Below are positions 52,970 to 62,431 of a DNA stretch of 64,000 nt, one piece after another. This DNA comes from a virus (lineage: Duplodnaviria > Caudoviricetes). Position 1 is the stretch's first letter. Every line of letters starts with the position of its first letter. The stretch covers positions 32,001 to 96,000 of IMG/VR virus record IMGVR_UViG_3300005259_000074. One strand, written 5' to 3'. A program made the translations under genes and the position numbers. Under the pieces are notes generated by a model. That model did not search any database. It worked only from the letters and a program-made list of their open reading frames with translations, and had not been told where the DNA came from.

Positions 52970-55388
52970 ATGAAATCCCCATACAATACGTATGTTCATC
53001 CATATGGGACTTTCATAACCTGTAAAGTACCTCCGGATGAACAGTGCACACACGCATGTAAGTACTTTGGATGTAGAAATGAATATCTTCCAGTAACTTT
53101 GAAATATGCTGGACAATGCCGGCACTTCTCGTGGTCGAACAGCGAGTGCATGAATCCAGATGTCAGGAAAGAAGTGAAATTGGTAGAGGAGATGGAACTA
53201 ATTTGAATATCAAAGATGAAACGTACTACGGCTTCACATACAATCCCCGGTGGAAAGCTGATTGCAAGAACGGTATCCACCTCTGGGACGAGGTGCTGTC
53301 TGCGGACGGACACTATCTAGTGTGTGATGAGTGCCAGTTGATGATACGCATCGAGAGCAAAGCGGTAGACCGCTCGTACGAAGAGCCAGAGTACTCGCTC
53401 AACAAGAAACTGGAGGAGATATGAATGCCCCACGTTCGTGCTGCAAGAGGATAAACGGACGCTTCTTGTGCTACCGCTACGCCGTCCCGGAAGCAGTGTG
53501 CGCGTATTTCTTGCACAAACCGGGTGTTCATGATGACCCTAAGTTAGTGCCATCTAGATGCGAATTCGCGTTAGATCCAGCTATTACAGGCACTTCTACC
53601 AAAGGACTGATCACGATAGAAATCTTCGGAGAGTGCTTCAACGACGAGGCGAAGCTGTTAGCTGAGCTGGAGGAGATATGAACGGCTGCGAGATTATAGT
53701 CTGTGACACTGGAGATGCTTGGGCAAACTGCAGGACATCGACGGAGAGCAATCTGATAGAGACTATGTGTGAGTTCTTTAAAGATACTTCAAACACGTAT
53801 CCACAGTGTGTCTACAACAAAAAGTTCCCGCAGTGTACTTGTATCACGGCGATAGAGAAAGCTTGTGCACAGCAGGGGATAGACACCTCGGTCATATGGA
53901 ACTCCATAGCAGAAGAAAAATTGGACGACATATGACATGACAACACCGTCGACAAGAAACAACCAGTGCGTAGTAACGAAGCAGACGGGTGGAACATTCT
54001 ACAAGTGCGTCGACAACAGATTTCCCTTTCAATCTGCGTGTTCGTTCTTTGTGCTGTATCTTTCTCTGTACAAATGCAAGTACTATGAGTCACAATGCGG
54101 CAATTGCACCAACAAAAAAGCGATGAGAGACGCACTCGCAATGAAGAGATTGGACGACTTATGAGCCAGAAGAAGAACTTCTGCGTCTGGAAAGACACTA
54201 CCGACGTGATCGGCCTCAGCTACTCTTATGCTAGGTGTGAGGCGTCTTTAAATATGTGGAGACATCAGACGGAATGCGCATTTTTCGTCCCAAAACTCAA
54301 ATGGTCAGACTCTTGTCTATTCTTCGCGTTCGACGAACTTCCAACGTGTTTGTGTAGCGCTGCTATCAGTGAATCACAACTCATGAAGAAGATAGAAGAC
54401 ATATGAAGAAAAACATGGGTGTGATAGTTGAGAGCAAAGCTACGAACACAGAGGAACTACTGTGCATTGCGATATCTGACTTCTTTGAAACGGAGTGCAA
54501 GTTCTATTCACAGTCTGAAGGTGAATTCCGAATATGTAAGCACGCTTTAGATTCTCACTTCTGTGCATGTGCAGAAGCTAAAATGGACGCACTGACAGAT
54601 AAGAGGATGAACCAGAAATGAGTGTGGACTATATGAGATCCTACAGGTTAGACATGGAGAATAACCGAAAACGTAAGAAGACGTTGGAACCGATGCAGAA
54701 CTTCTGCAAGGTGTACGAAGAGCTCAACACCGTCACTAGAAAAGTCGACACTGCGCAGAAGACTTGCGCCGCGCCGTCTAACCAAGCGTACCGCTGCACG
54801 TTCTTCAAGTTCAAGTGTCATGACACATGCGAGTACATGGAGTGGTCTGATGAGTTAGACTGCACTAACAAAGAAGCGTACAGAGATGCGATGACGAACG
54901 AGAAGTTAGAGCAGATATGACTGGCTGCAAACTCATCAACAATAGCACCGTGAATTCGGACGGCTTTCCAGTGTGCGGCATAGATATGAACTCGCAGAGC
55001 CTGTCGACATGCGATCACTACACGAGGTACATGGGTTACAACGGTCGACACACGTGTTCCAATTATGATCGGAAGTACAGAGAGTGTCTCAACGAAGAAG
55101 CGATAAAGGAAGCGAAATTAGACAGACGATTGGAGAACTTGTGAAACGACTGGAGAACGTCACTATCGCGGGCACCCGTTCACTAGTCTTTCCGCGGTAT
55201 ATGATATGTCTTCACAGGATAAAGTACTCGTGTGGCAGTACGAGTGTCGTGACAATATGATAGAGGAGAACGTTAAGTCTATGATTGACAACCGCCGTTC
55301 GTGCAAATACGTGAGGCTGCTGTCCAATAACGACGTATTCTGTATTCACGAAGAAGCAACACTACAAAGAAGACTGGAAGAACTATGA
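52970..55388 (+). repeat. Cys-rich mini-protein array I (52970..53206, 53421..53681, 53678..53935, 53937..54164, 54161..54406, 54403..54621, 54618..54920, 54917..55144, 55206..55388; tagged non-family 53203..53424)
   Basis: Skeleton and overlaps; tag in all but 54403..54621 (ends KRMNQK). Confidence 0.85.
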
Positions 55389-56458
55389 ACACTGAGATTA
55401 TGAGGCTCTGGCACCGCGCAGTTAAAGATGGGAAGATTAAGGAGAATGAAAACTTCAAGATCTTGTTCTCACCGGAATACAACTTCGCTTTCGACAAGCG
55501 CACAGGCATGTTCGCTCGCTGGGGGAAGACTCTCGAAGAAGACCCTCAGTGGAGTCCCTACGGTCCGGAGATTGCTGACATAGAGATATCTGCAGGTGAG
55601 TGCTCGTCTCGGTGCGCGTTCTGCTACAAGGGGAACGGCGACCATTCCGGCAGAGCCAACAACATGTCTCTCGACACGTTCAAGAAGCTGTTCAGCAAGC
55701 TCCCGAAGACCGTCACACAGATCGCCTTCGGCATATGCGACGTCACCACTAACGAGGACTTCTTTTCCATCATGGAGTACTCGAAGTCGAACGGCGTCAT
55801 CCCGAACTACACATGCAACGGGCACTTCGTGACTGACGGAGTCGCCATGGCCACAGCAGCTCTCTGCGGCGCAGTGGCTGTGTCAGTCGTCGACAAGCAG
55901 CTCAGCTACGACGCCATCAAGAAGTTCACAGATGCTGGGATGAAGCAAGTGAACATACACGCCCTACTCAGCGAAGAGACCTACGACAAGTGCATGGGCA
56001 TCGTAGACGACATGGCGACTGACCCTCGCTTAGCTAAAATGAGGGCTATAGTGTTCCTCCAGTACAAGCACAAGAATCCGAAGTCTCCGTTCCACTCGAT
56101 GATAGACAAGGTGAAGTACCAGAAGTTGGTCGCGCACTGCCAGCGGAGGGGGATTAACTTCGGCTTCGACTCATGCTCCGCAAACCTCTTCGTCGAGAGC
56201 ATGGAGGGACATCCTCAGCTAGACCAGTTTAAGTCCGTCTCAGAGCCATGTGAGAGTGGAGTATTCAGTTCCTATATCAATTGGGAGGGAAAGTTCTTCC
56301 CGTGCAGCTTCTGCGAGAACGTGAAAGACTGGAAAGAAGGACTGGATGCAGTCAACTGCGAGGACTTCTTAAAAGACGTGTGGATGCATCCTCGTGTGCA
56401 GGAGTTCCGCGCTAGACTACTGGATAACAAACGCAATTGCTTGATGTACAACATATAA
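55385..56458 (+). CDS. radical SAM protein with SPASM/Twitch-like C-terminus
   Basis: ECSSRCAFCY (CxxxCxxC); PCESG..YINWEGKFFPCSFC. Confidence 0.88.
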   Translation: MNTEIMRLWHRAVKDGKIKENENFKILFSPEYNFAFDKRTGMFARWGKTLEEDPQWSPYGPEIADIEISAGECSSRCAFCYKGNGDHSGRANNMSLDTFKKLFSKLPKTVTQIAFGICDVTTNEDFFSIMEYSKSNGVIPNYTCNGHFVTDGVAMATAALCGAVAVSVVDKQLSYDAIKKFTDAGMKQVNIHALLSEETYDKCMGIVDDMATDPRLAKMRAIVFLQYKHKNPKSPFHSMIDKVKYQKLVAHCQRRGINFGFDSCSANLFVESMEGHPQLDQFKSVSEPCESGVFSSYINWEGKFFPCSFCENVKDWKEGLDAVNCEDFLKDVWMHPRVQEFRARLLDNKRNCLMYNI

Positions 56459-56466
56459 GGAGACCT

Positions 56467-56721
56467 ATGAAAGAACAGAGTAAGACAACAGATGCTGTAA
56501 AGACTGTCACTATTCCAATGTCACTAGTCAACGACATCAACCACGCTCTCTTTGAAGCAGATATTGCGATGACTGAGTTCTGGCAAGTGCAGGAGAAGCG
56601 CTTCGCCAAAGAAGAATTCACTAAGCGAGCGGTGTTAGGCGCTCTGACGGACAAGATCCTCTTCATGAAAGCCGCTAAAGAAAAATTGGAAGAAGCTGCT
56701 ATCACACAGCGCCGAGGATGA
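56467..56721 (+). CDS. hypothetical protein
   Basis: AAGGAG RBS before MKEQ. Confidence 0.6.
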   Translation: MKEQSKTTDAVKTVTIPMSLVNDINHALFEADIAMTEFWQVQEKRFAKEEFTKRAVLGALTDKILFMKAAKEKLEEAAITQRRG

Positions 56722-57191
56722 CGATGAAGACGTACTTCAGTGACGAACTACTCCCAACTGACTTCGACGGAAGTGTATTCCTCGCTGGACCGACTCCGCG
56801 AGACCGCGCTCTCAAGTCATGGAGGCCAATGGCAGTAGAGATGTTGACCTTCGGCGGCACCTTCAAGAAGTGTTTCATTCCAGAGAGAAAAGATTGGAAA
56901 GTTGGATTCGACTACATAGACCAAGTGGAATGGGAGCTCGAAGCGCTCGAGAAGTGCTCCGTCATATTGTTCTGGGTTCCACGAGACATTAAGACTATGC
57001 CAGCATTCACGACGAACGTTGAGTTCGGGATGTTCGTGCGAGACTCGAGGAGCGTGTACGGCCGCCCTCCCAATGCAGAGAACTGTAGATACCTCGACTA
57101 CGTGTACAAAAAGTTCAGAGGGCTCCGCCCGGCAGTTAACTTGCAGATACTCGTGTCTAGCGCTGAGAACACTATGGTGAACTCGTGTTGA
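56718..57191 (+). CDS. nucleoside 2-deoxyribosyltransferase-like protein
   Basis: VFLAGPTPR..SWR, QVEWE..L..C.VILFW, TTNVEFG. Confidence 0.8.
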   Translation: MTMKTYFSDELLPTDFDGSVFLAGPTPRDRALKSWRPMAVEMLTFGGTFKKCFIPERKDWKVGFDYIDQVEWELEALEKCSVILFWVPRDIKTMPAFTTNVEFGMFVRDSRSVYGRPPNAENCRYLDYVYKKFRGLRPAVNLQILVSSAENTMVNSC

Positions 57192-57625
57192 CGTCAATAA
57201 GGCTGGCTGAGGTATTGATCAACCCTCCGTATAAATTCGAGCGCCATAATTTGTACTCCGTGTGCTCTATAGAAGACACCTCAGTCAATCTGATATGGAT
57301 GTGGAAACCAGAAGACGTCGCGACGGTGCAGCGTGCGTGGTTAGAAGATGTGATATCGCTCTATGATAGCGGCGTATTCGCCGAGGAGAGACGGCAGATT
57401 TTCAGATCTTGGTTCGAAGACTCAAAGTGTAGAGTCGGTTGCATATACAGCATCTCGAATGCACTTTCTTCTAGGTACGAGAATGACCTCAAAGAGCTAG
57501 GCTCAAGGTTGTCTTGCATAGACATCGCTGGATATGAGTGGAGAGAGTACTTTTACGCTGCTGACGAGAGAGGAAGAAAATTCTTGCAAGAAGCAGAGAT
57601 CATGGCAAAACTAGAACTGTTGTGA
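57185..57625 (+). CDS. hypothetical protein with tag KLELL
   Basis: 146 aa ORF. Confidence 0.65.
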   Translation: MLTSIRLAEVLINPPYKFERHNLYSVCSIEDTSVNLIWMWKPEDVATVQRAWLEDVISLYDSGVFAEERRQIFRSWFEDSKCRVGCIYSISNALSSRYENDLKELGSRLSCIDIAGYEWREYFYAADERGRKFLQEAEIMAKLELL

Positions 57626-57658
57626 AGTATATTATCAAGAACTTTGAGAGGACGAAAG

Positions 57659-58111
57659 ATGAAAGTTAGAGTCGGGTTCGTCAGCAACAGCAGCTCTAGC
57701 AGTTTCGTAGTGTCAGGACCCGGAGAGTTGATCCTCGAGAACACTCTCGTCGGCAAAATCTATGTTATCGGAGCTAATGGTAAGAGAGAGTTCGGCTGGG
57801 AGAGAGAACGGACTTTTGATTTTGATTCGAAGGTTAACTGGGCAGCAATGCAGGCGATGTACTCTCCAGACGACTTGCTCGAGATGAAGATGTACATGCT
57901 GGAGAACGTCATCAAAGAGCACATGGGAGCGGCCCACGTGGATATCTCGTTGCAGATCGATGATTACGACAAACCTGGGTACGGCTACATAGACCACCAG
58001 TCGACTTCATCAGAAGACGATAGTTTCTTAGAGATATTTGAGTCGGAACAACAGCTGAAGGAGTTCCTGTTCTGCCCGAAGAACTACATACAAGGTGGAA
58101 ATGACAACTGA
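57659..58111 (+). CDS. GFVSNSSSSSF-leader protein
   Basis: MKVRVGFVSNSSSSSF; ends IQGGNDN. Confidence 0.8.
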   Translation: MKVRVGFVSNSSSSSFVVSGPGELILENTLVGKIYVIGANGKREFGWERERTFDFDSKVNWAAMQAMYSPDDLLEMKMYMLENVIKEHMGAAHVDISLQIDDYDKPGYGYIDHQSTSSEDDSFLEIFESEQQLKEFLFCPKNYIQGGNDN

Positions 58112-58120
58112 GGAGACAGC

Positions 58121-58474
58121 ATGAAGTTCAGAGATGGTTTCGTCAGCAATTCGTCCAGCAGTTCTTTCGTCGTGTTCGGCGTCAAGCTGAGCGCTAGAAA
58201 GTTGGGCGAAGAAGACTACTTCATCAGCAGCATCGCAGAAGACATCGGTTGCTACGACGAAGATGGGATGGCGATACTCCTAGGAAATGATGACATCTAC
58301 TTCGGGAAGATACTCGCAGAGGGAGAAGACGACTTGACTGAGAGCGAGACATCAGCAAGAGAATTAGCTGACCTCGAAGAGAGCATCGTCGACAACCTCA
58401 AGAAAGTGCTGAAGAAAGACAAGCAGAACATGAAAATGACGGTCAAGCTCTACACGGGGCAGAGATCATGCTGA
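58121..58474 (+). CDS. GFVSNSSSSSF-leader protein
   Basis: MKFRDGFVSNSSSSSF. Confidence 0.8.
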   Translation: MKFRDGFVSNSSSSSFVVFGVKLSARKLGEEDYFISSIAEDIGCYDEDGMAILLGNDDIYFGKILAEGEDDLTESETSARELADLEESIVDNLKKVLKKDKQNMKMTVKLYTGQRSC

Positions 58475-58487
58475 CGGGAGATGCAGA

Positions 58488-58859
58488 GTGAAGACTAGAG
58501 ACGGATTCATCAGCAACAGCAGCTCTTCGAGCTTCGTCGTAGTGCTTTCACCGAAGTTCAACATCGATAAGTTCATCGATGAGAACTACGAGAAGAATCC
58601 AGACACTGACGAGGAGCTCGTTTTTGCGGAAGAAGCTCTCTCGAGGTCTGAGTTGGTGGATGTCATCAAACAGATAAGAAGTGGAAAAATCATCTACGAA
58701 AATGACTGCGACTACGGCATCTACGTCAGCCTCCAAGAAAAACTGAAAGATTTCGTGATAGTTGAGAATGAAATTGGACCAGACGAGGGACACATCCTCG
58801 GCTTGAAGATGACCGAACTAGAGAGACAACTCAAAAAGATAAAGGAATACGGAGTATGA
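58488..58859 (+). CDS. GFISNSSSSSF-leader protein
   Basis: MKTRDGFISNSSSSSF. Confidence 0.8.
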   Translation: MKTRDGFISNSSSSSFVVVLSPKFNIDKFIDENYEKNPDTDEELVFAEEALSRSELVDVIKQIRSGKIIYENDCDYGIYVSLQEKLKDFVIVENEIGPDEGHILGLKMTELERQLKKIKEYGV

Positions 58860-59188
58860 AGGTCAGGAATGGTTTCGTGTCGAACAGCAGCTCTTCGAGC
58901 TTCTGCATCTACGGGTTCCGCATCGACGAGCACGACTACGAGCTGCGCGGGCAGATCGAAGAGTGGATATCTAAGAACGTGGGGAACCGCGGGTGGACGA
59001 TTTCCAGTGGTCCCGGTGGAGAGGCCATCTACTGCGGCCGCGACTTCACCACTATCAAAGATGACGAGACAGGCGCTCAGTTCAAGAAGTCGGTCGCGGA
59101 CGCCGTCGAGAAGATGACTGTCGAGCTGGGACTCCCGGAAGATTGCAAGACACTTTCCTCATTCGAAGAAGGCTGGTACGACGGCTGA
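58856..59188 (+). CDS. GFVSNSSSSSF-leader protein
   Basis: MKVRNGFVSNSSSSSF; ends EEGWYDG. Confidence 0.8.
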   Translation: MKVRNGFVSNSSSSSFCIYGFRIDEHDYELRGQIEEWISKNVGNRGWTISSGPGGEAIYCGRDFTTIKDDETGAQFKKSVADAVEKMTVELGLPEDCKTLSSFEEGWYDG

Positions 59189-59235
59189 CCCATCCGTCGG
59201 TAATATAGACAGCGAACAAACGAGAACGGAGCACA

Positions 59236-60159
59236 ATGGAAAAGAGAGAACTCTGGGTAGACAAACACGCCCCACCGACTCTCGATGACATGGTCATCGA
59301 CAGCGACATGAGGAAGATGTTCGAAGAGTACGTCAAGCAGAAGACGATCCCCAACATGCTGCTCGCCGGAAGACAGGGAACTGGAAAGAGCACGTTGGCT
59401 CATGCATTAGCCCACGACATCGGTGCGACAGTGCTCTACGTCAATGCTGGATACGAGTCAGGCATTGAAGTCATAAGGACTAAGGTCAAAGACTTCTGCG
59501 ATGCTTTCGCTTTCGGCGGTGCACTCAAAGTCGTGATATTAGATGAGGCGGACGCTCTATCAGGTCAGGGTGGTGGAGGGAACGGCGCCAGCGCTCAGGG
59601 AGGTCTCAGAAACCTCATTGAAGAGGCGTCTGATGACACTCGCTTCATCATGACGTGTAACTACGTGAACAAGATAATTCCCGCACTACAATCACGCTGC
59701 ACGCCTATAAAGGTCAAGTTTACCGTAGAAGACGTGATGCGGAGAGTCGTGAAGATACTGAAAGCCGAGAAGGTGAAGTTCGACGCAGACACCCTAACGG
59801 CATTCACCGCTAGGATCGTCAAGAAGAAGTTCCCAGACGTCAGGTCGATCATCAACTGCTTGGAGCAGTGGAGCATATCCGGAGAGCTGAAAGACGGAAA
59901 AGCTACTGATGACCAAGCTGGCGATGAAGTGGTGAATAAGATACTCGCTTTTGGGACTATGAGAGAAGCTCGCGAGTGGTGGATATCGAACGAAGAGGCG
60001 TTCGCGTCTGACTACGAAGCGCTAGCGTCTAAGGTGTTCGACGCGCTAGAAGACCCGAAGAAGCAGCTCGCTGTGGCCGAGGGGATGTACCGCATGGCGG
60101 TCTGCCTCGACAAGGAGATCCAGTTCGCAGCGATGGTTTACCAACTCAAGGGATCGTGA
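59236..60159 (+). CDS. gp44: sliding-clamp loader AAA+ subunit, T4 gp44/RFC-like
   Basis: LWVDKHAP.TLDDMV, GRQGTGKS, VVILDEAD, FIMTCNY..KIIPALQSRC. Confidence 0.92.
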   Translation: MEKRELWVDKHAPPTLDDMVIDSDMRKMFEEYVKQKTIPNMLLAGRQGTGKSTLAHALAHDIGATVLYVNAGYESGIEVIRTKVKDFCDAFAFGGALKVVILDEADALSGQGGGGNGASAQGGLRNLIEEASDDTRFIMTCNYVNKIIPALQSRCTPIKVKFTVEDVMRRVVKILKAEKVKFDADTLTAFTARIVKKKFPDVRSIINCLEQWSISGELKDGKATDDQAGDEVVNKILAFGTMREAREWWISNEEAFASDYEALASKVFDALEDPKKQLAVAEGMYRMAVCLDKEIQFAAMVYQLKGS

Positions 60160-60160
60160 C

Positions 60161-60649
60161 ATGTCAAACAGCACTGCCGGTGTTCCGCAGTCTACTTCTA
60201 TGTTGACAGCAGAGAACTTGTGCAGCAGCCGCGCATCGATAGATTCCCTACATGTCAATAAATCTTTGAACGCAAACACCGCTCAGATATCATGCGACAA
60301 TGTGGACATTGACATGTCAAATTCAAATTTGAGGATGTCTGGTGGAATTTTAAACATGTTGAATACATCTGTGTTTATTTCTGAGTCAATGAATCTGCAC
60401 TTTGGAAAACTGCATATCAGATCGGTCGATGGACTACCCAATGATGTACTGCCATGCAAGGAGATCTCCGATTGCGAGATATTTAGAGGGTCAACGTTAA
60501 TTGTCTCTTATGACAGCATAGTCCACATGGCGTTCACACCGTTCTGCTACCATTGCACTCACTTTAATCCAGACAGAATAGACTTTAAGAAGAAAATAGC
60601 AGATCACTACAAAGACGCCGAAGCCAACAAGAAGTTAGAATCTATCTGA
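60161..60649 (+). CDS. hypothetical protein with tag KLESI
   Basis: AT-richer N-terminal part; CYHC near the C-terminus. Confidence 0.6.
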   Translation: MSNSTAGVPQSTSMLTAENLCSSRASIDSLHVNKSLNANTAQISCDNVDIDMSNSNLRMSGGILNMLNTSVFISESMNLHFGKLHIRSVDGLPNDVLPCKEISDCEIFRGSTLIVSYDSIVHMAFTPFCYHCTHFNPDRIDFKKKIADHYKDAEANKKLESI

Positions 60650-60661
60650 CATGGGTGTAAG

Positions 60662-60901
60662 ATGGAACACATAGATATAAAAGAACACTGTGAACCGGTG
60701 TATTCATCTAGTCATCCACCGTACTTGCACTGCAAATACCAGAACGAGTTTTCCGAAAGAATGTACCGGTGTCCGATGTTTGAATCATCTTTCGTCGACA
60801 AAAATTTCTGCTACTGGTTCATTGCGAGAGATCGTGGAGAGTGCCGGACCCCATCCGCGCTGAAGGAACTAGAAGTAGATGAGAAGATGGACAGCATATG
60901 A
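60662..60901 (+). CDS. Cys-rich mini-protein (tag KMDSI)
   Basis: HC..HC..RCPMF..FCYW..EC. Confidence 0.75.
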   Translation: MEHIDIKEHCEPVYSSSHPPYLHCKYQNEFSERMYRCPMFESSFVDKNFCYWFIARDRGECRTPSALKELEVDEKMDSI

Positions 60902-61143
60902 GGATGACGTTCAAATATCATAAACACGGAGACCGCCGTACTGTCAAGAAGTTCATATGGTGGCCTATGATACTGATGCTAGACCCACCGAAGAACGGTT
61001 CTCTCGAACGGGGTGATGTGCAGATGCGGTGGTTGGAGTACACTTACGTCACTCAGCTGTACCTCATTAGCGGAAAAGGATCTCACTGGATAGACTTTTG
61101 TTGGGGTGACGCTGCGTTAGAAAGAGCTCTTGATGACCTCTAG
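60898..61143 (+). CDS. conserved phage hypothetical protein with tag ALDDL
   Basis: GDRRTVKKFIWWP...RWLE. Confidence 0.7.
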   Translation: MRMTFKYHKHGDRRTVKKFIWWPMILMLDPPKNGSLERGDVQMRWLEYTYVTQLYLISGKGSHWIDFCWGDAALERALDDL

Positions 61144-61772
61144 CACTTGGAGTACTTGGAGACACCTGCTCTCCGTCTCTTTATCTTCTCGAAAGCGTTC
61201 GCATAGTCGTGAGCGTCATCATAGTCCCAGTTCTCTACTGCCATTTGGACTATCTCGCGGTACTCATGCTCTTCTATGAACGGCCTTTCTGCTTCTAAGA
61301 TCTTGTCGTCTATGATGATCAAGTTCTTCTGCCCGACGTAGTCGTACACCAGACCGTGACCACCGTACTTGAAGTTGGGATCGAACAGCCGTCTGACTTT
61401 CTGTCCGTCGACTAGAGATATCTCGAAGTCGCCTCTAGTGATCTTCATGCCGACTAGAAGACCACATGCGTTGACTCTTGGAACGAGGCCACTCTCTGGC
61501 TGACGCATTGCAACTTTGGCTTCTTCGTAGTCCTTCCCACTCCTCATTAGTTCACGCATCTTAGTATACGTCTCGATGAAGAAGTCAGCTTCATCAGCGT
61601 ATATCTTATCTAGCCACAGTCTTCCCACTGGTACTATCGGGTTCATATCGTGGTCAGCCAGACCGGAGAAATCTATGTCGAGAGTGTTCCTGATGTGGTA
61701 GCCGTCTACTAACTCCAAGTTCCTGCTGACGGAAAAGTAAGCTTTATTTATGTGGAAAGAAGAAGGGTTCAT
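61140..61772 (-). CDS. phage hypothetical protein, possibly zincin-like
   Basis: DIDF..GGHGLVYDYV..IIIDD..EHEYRE..YDDAH. Confidence 0.65.
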   Translation of the reverse strand: MNPSSFHINKAYFSVSRNLELVDGYHIRNTLDIDFSGLADHDMNPIVPVGRLWLDKIYADEADFFIETYTKMRELMRSGKDYEEAKVAMRQPESGLVPRVNACGLLVGMKITRGDFEISLVDGQKVRRLFDPNFKYGGHGLVYDYVGQKNLIIIDDKILEAERPFIEEHEYREIVQMAVENWDYDDAHDYANAFEKIKRRRAGVSKYSKC

Positions 61773-61984
61773 TCGCCAGCTCCTGGAAAGTCGGGTAGGT
61801 CTAACTTCTCGTGCGAGTAGTCCGTCGGGTCAGCAGTCAACCTATTGCACTCTCTATTCCAGCAAACCGAGCACAACTTCTGCTCGTTCAGCTTGCTGGG
61901 ACGGCGGACGTTGCACTGCAAACCGCAGCGCTGGCATATCTGCATCCTGATGTTGTACCGGTTCTCCATGTCTCTATTTATCAT
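61769..61984 (-). CDS. small Zn-finger-like protein
   Basis: CQRC...CSVC. Confidence 0.55.
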   Translation of the reverse strand: MINRDMENRYNIRMQICQRCGLQCNVRRPSKLNEQKLCSVCWNRECNRLTADPTDYSHEKLDLPDFPGAGE

Positions 61985-62039
61985 TTCAGAAACATCTCGT
62001 TGATAATTAACGACTTAGAAGAAATAATGCGAGTTTCCC

Positions 62040-62122
62040 TTTACAAGCCCACTATTTGGTTGTATATTGATTACCATTAAGGGAACTTAACACGGGCTTC
62101 CGCCAAATGGAGAACGGAAATG
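62040..62122 (+). promoter_or_regulatory. repeated promoter-leader cassette, copy 3
   Basis: TTTACA-N17-TATATT-GATTACCATTAAGGGAAC..CGGGCTTCC..AAATGGAGA..ATG. Confidence 0.8.
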
Positions 62123-62431
62123 AAAGCAAGAACGAAGCGAGACCTCGAGATCGACCTCGACGTCATGACCAACCAGTACAACGAGGCGATGAAGAGGGCG
62201 AACGCGGCTGAAGCAAAACTTGCTCAGTGCACGAAGTACGCGGTCCTCCAACTCTGTCCCGCATATCCCACACTCGAAGACTTGAAAGGGGCAGAATGCG
62301 AGGCCGAGCAGGCGGACGTCAGAGACACCAAAGAAGACGCCAATATTCTTGCTCGCTATCGGAATGCCGTCAGCGTCACTGAAAATTACATCATCGCCGA
62401 AGTCTTCAACGGCAAATTCACCGGAAAGTGA
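62120..62431 (+). CDS. hypothetical protein
   Basis: First gene after the cassette. Confidence 0.7.
   Translation: MKARTKRDLEIDLDVMTNQYNEAMKRANAAEAKLAQCTKYAVLQLCPAYPTLEDLKGAECEAEQADVRDTKEDANILARYRNAVSVTENYIIAEVFNGKFTGK

Noticed and set aside
55141-55260. Short GTG ORF at the overlap (39 aa), possibly a frameshifted front half of 55206..55388
   Set aside because: There is no clear slippery site or convincing joined skeleton; left unannotated.
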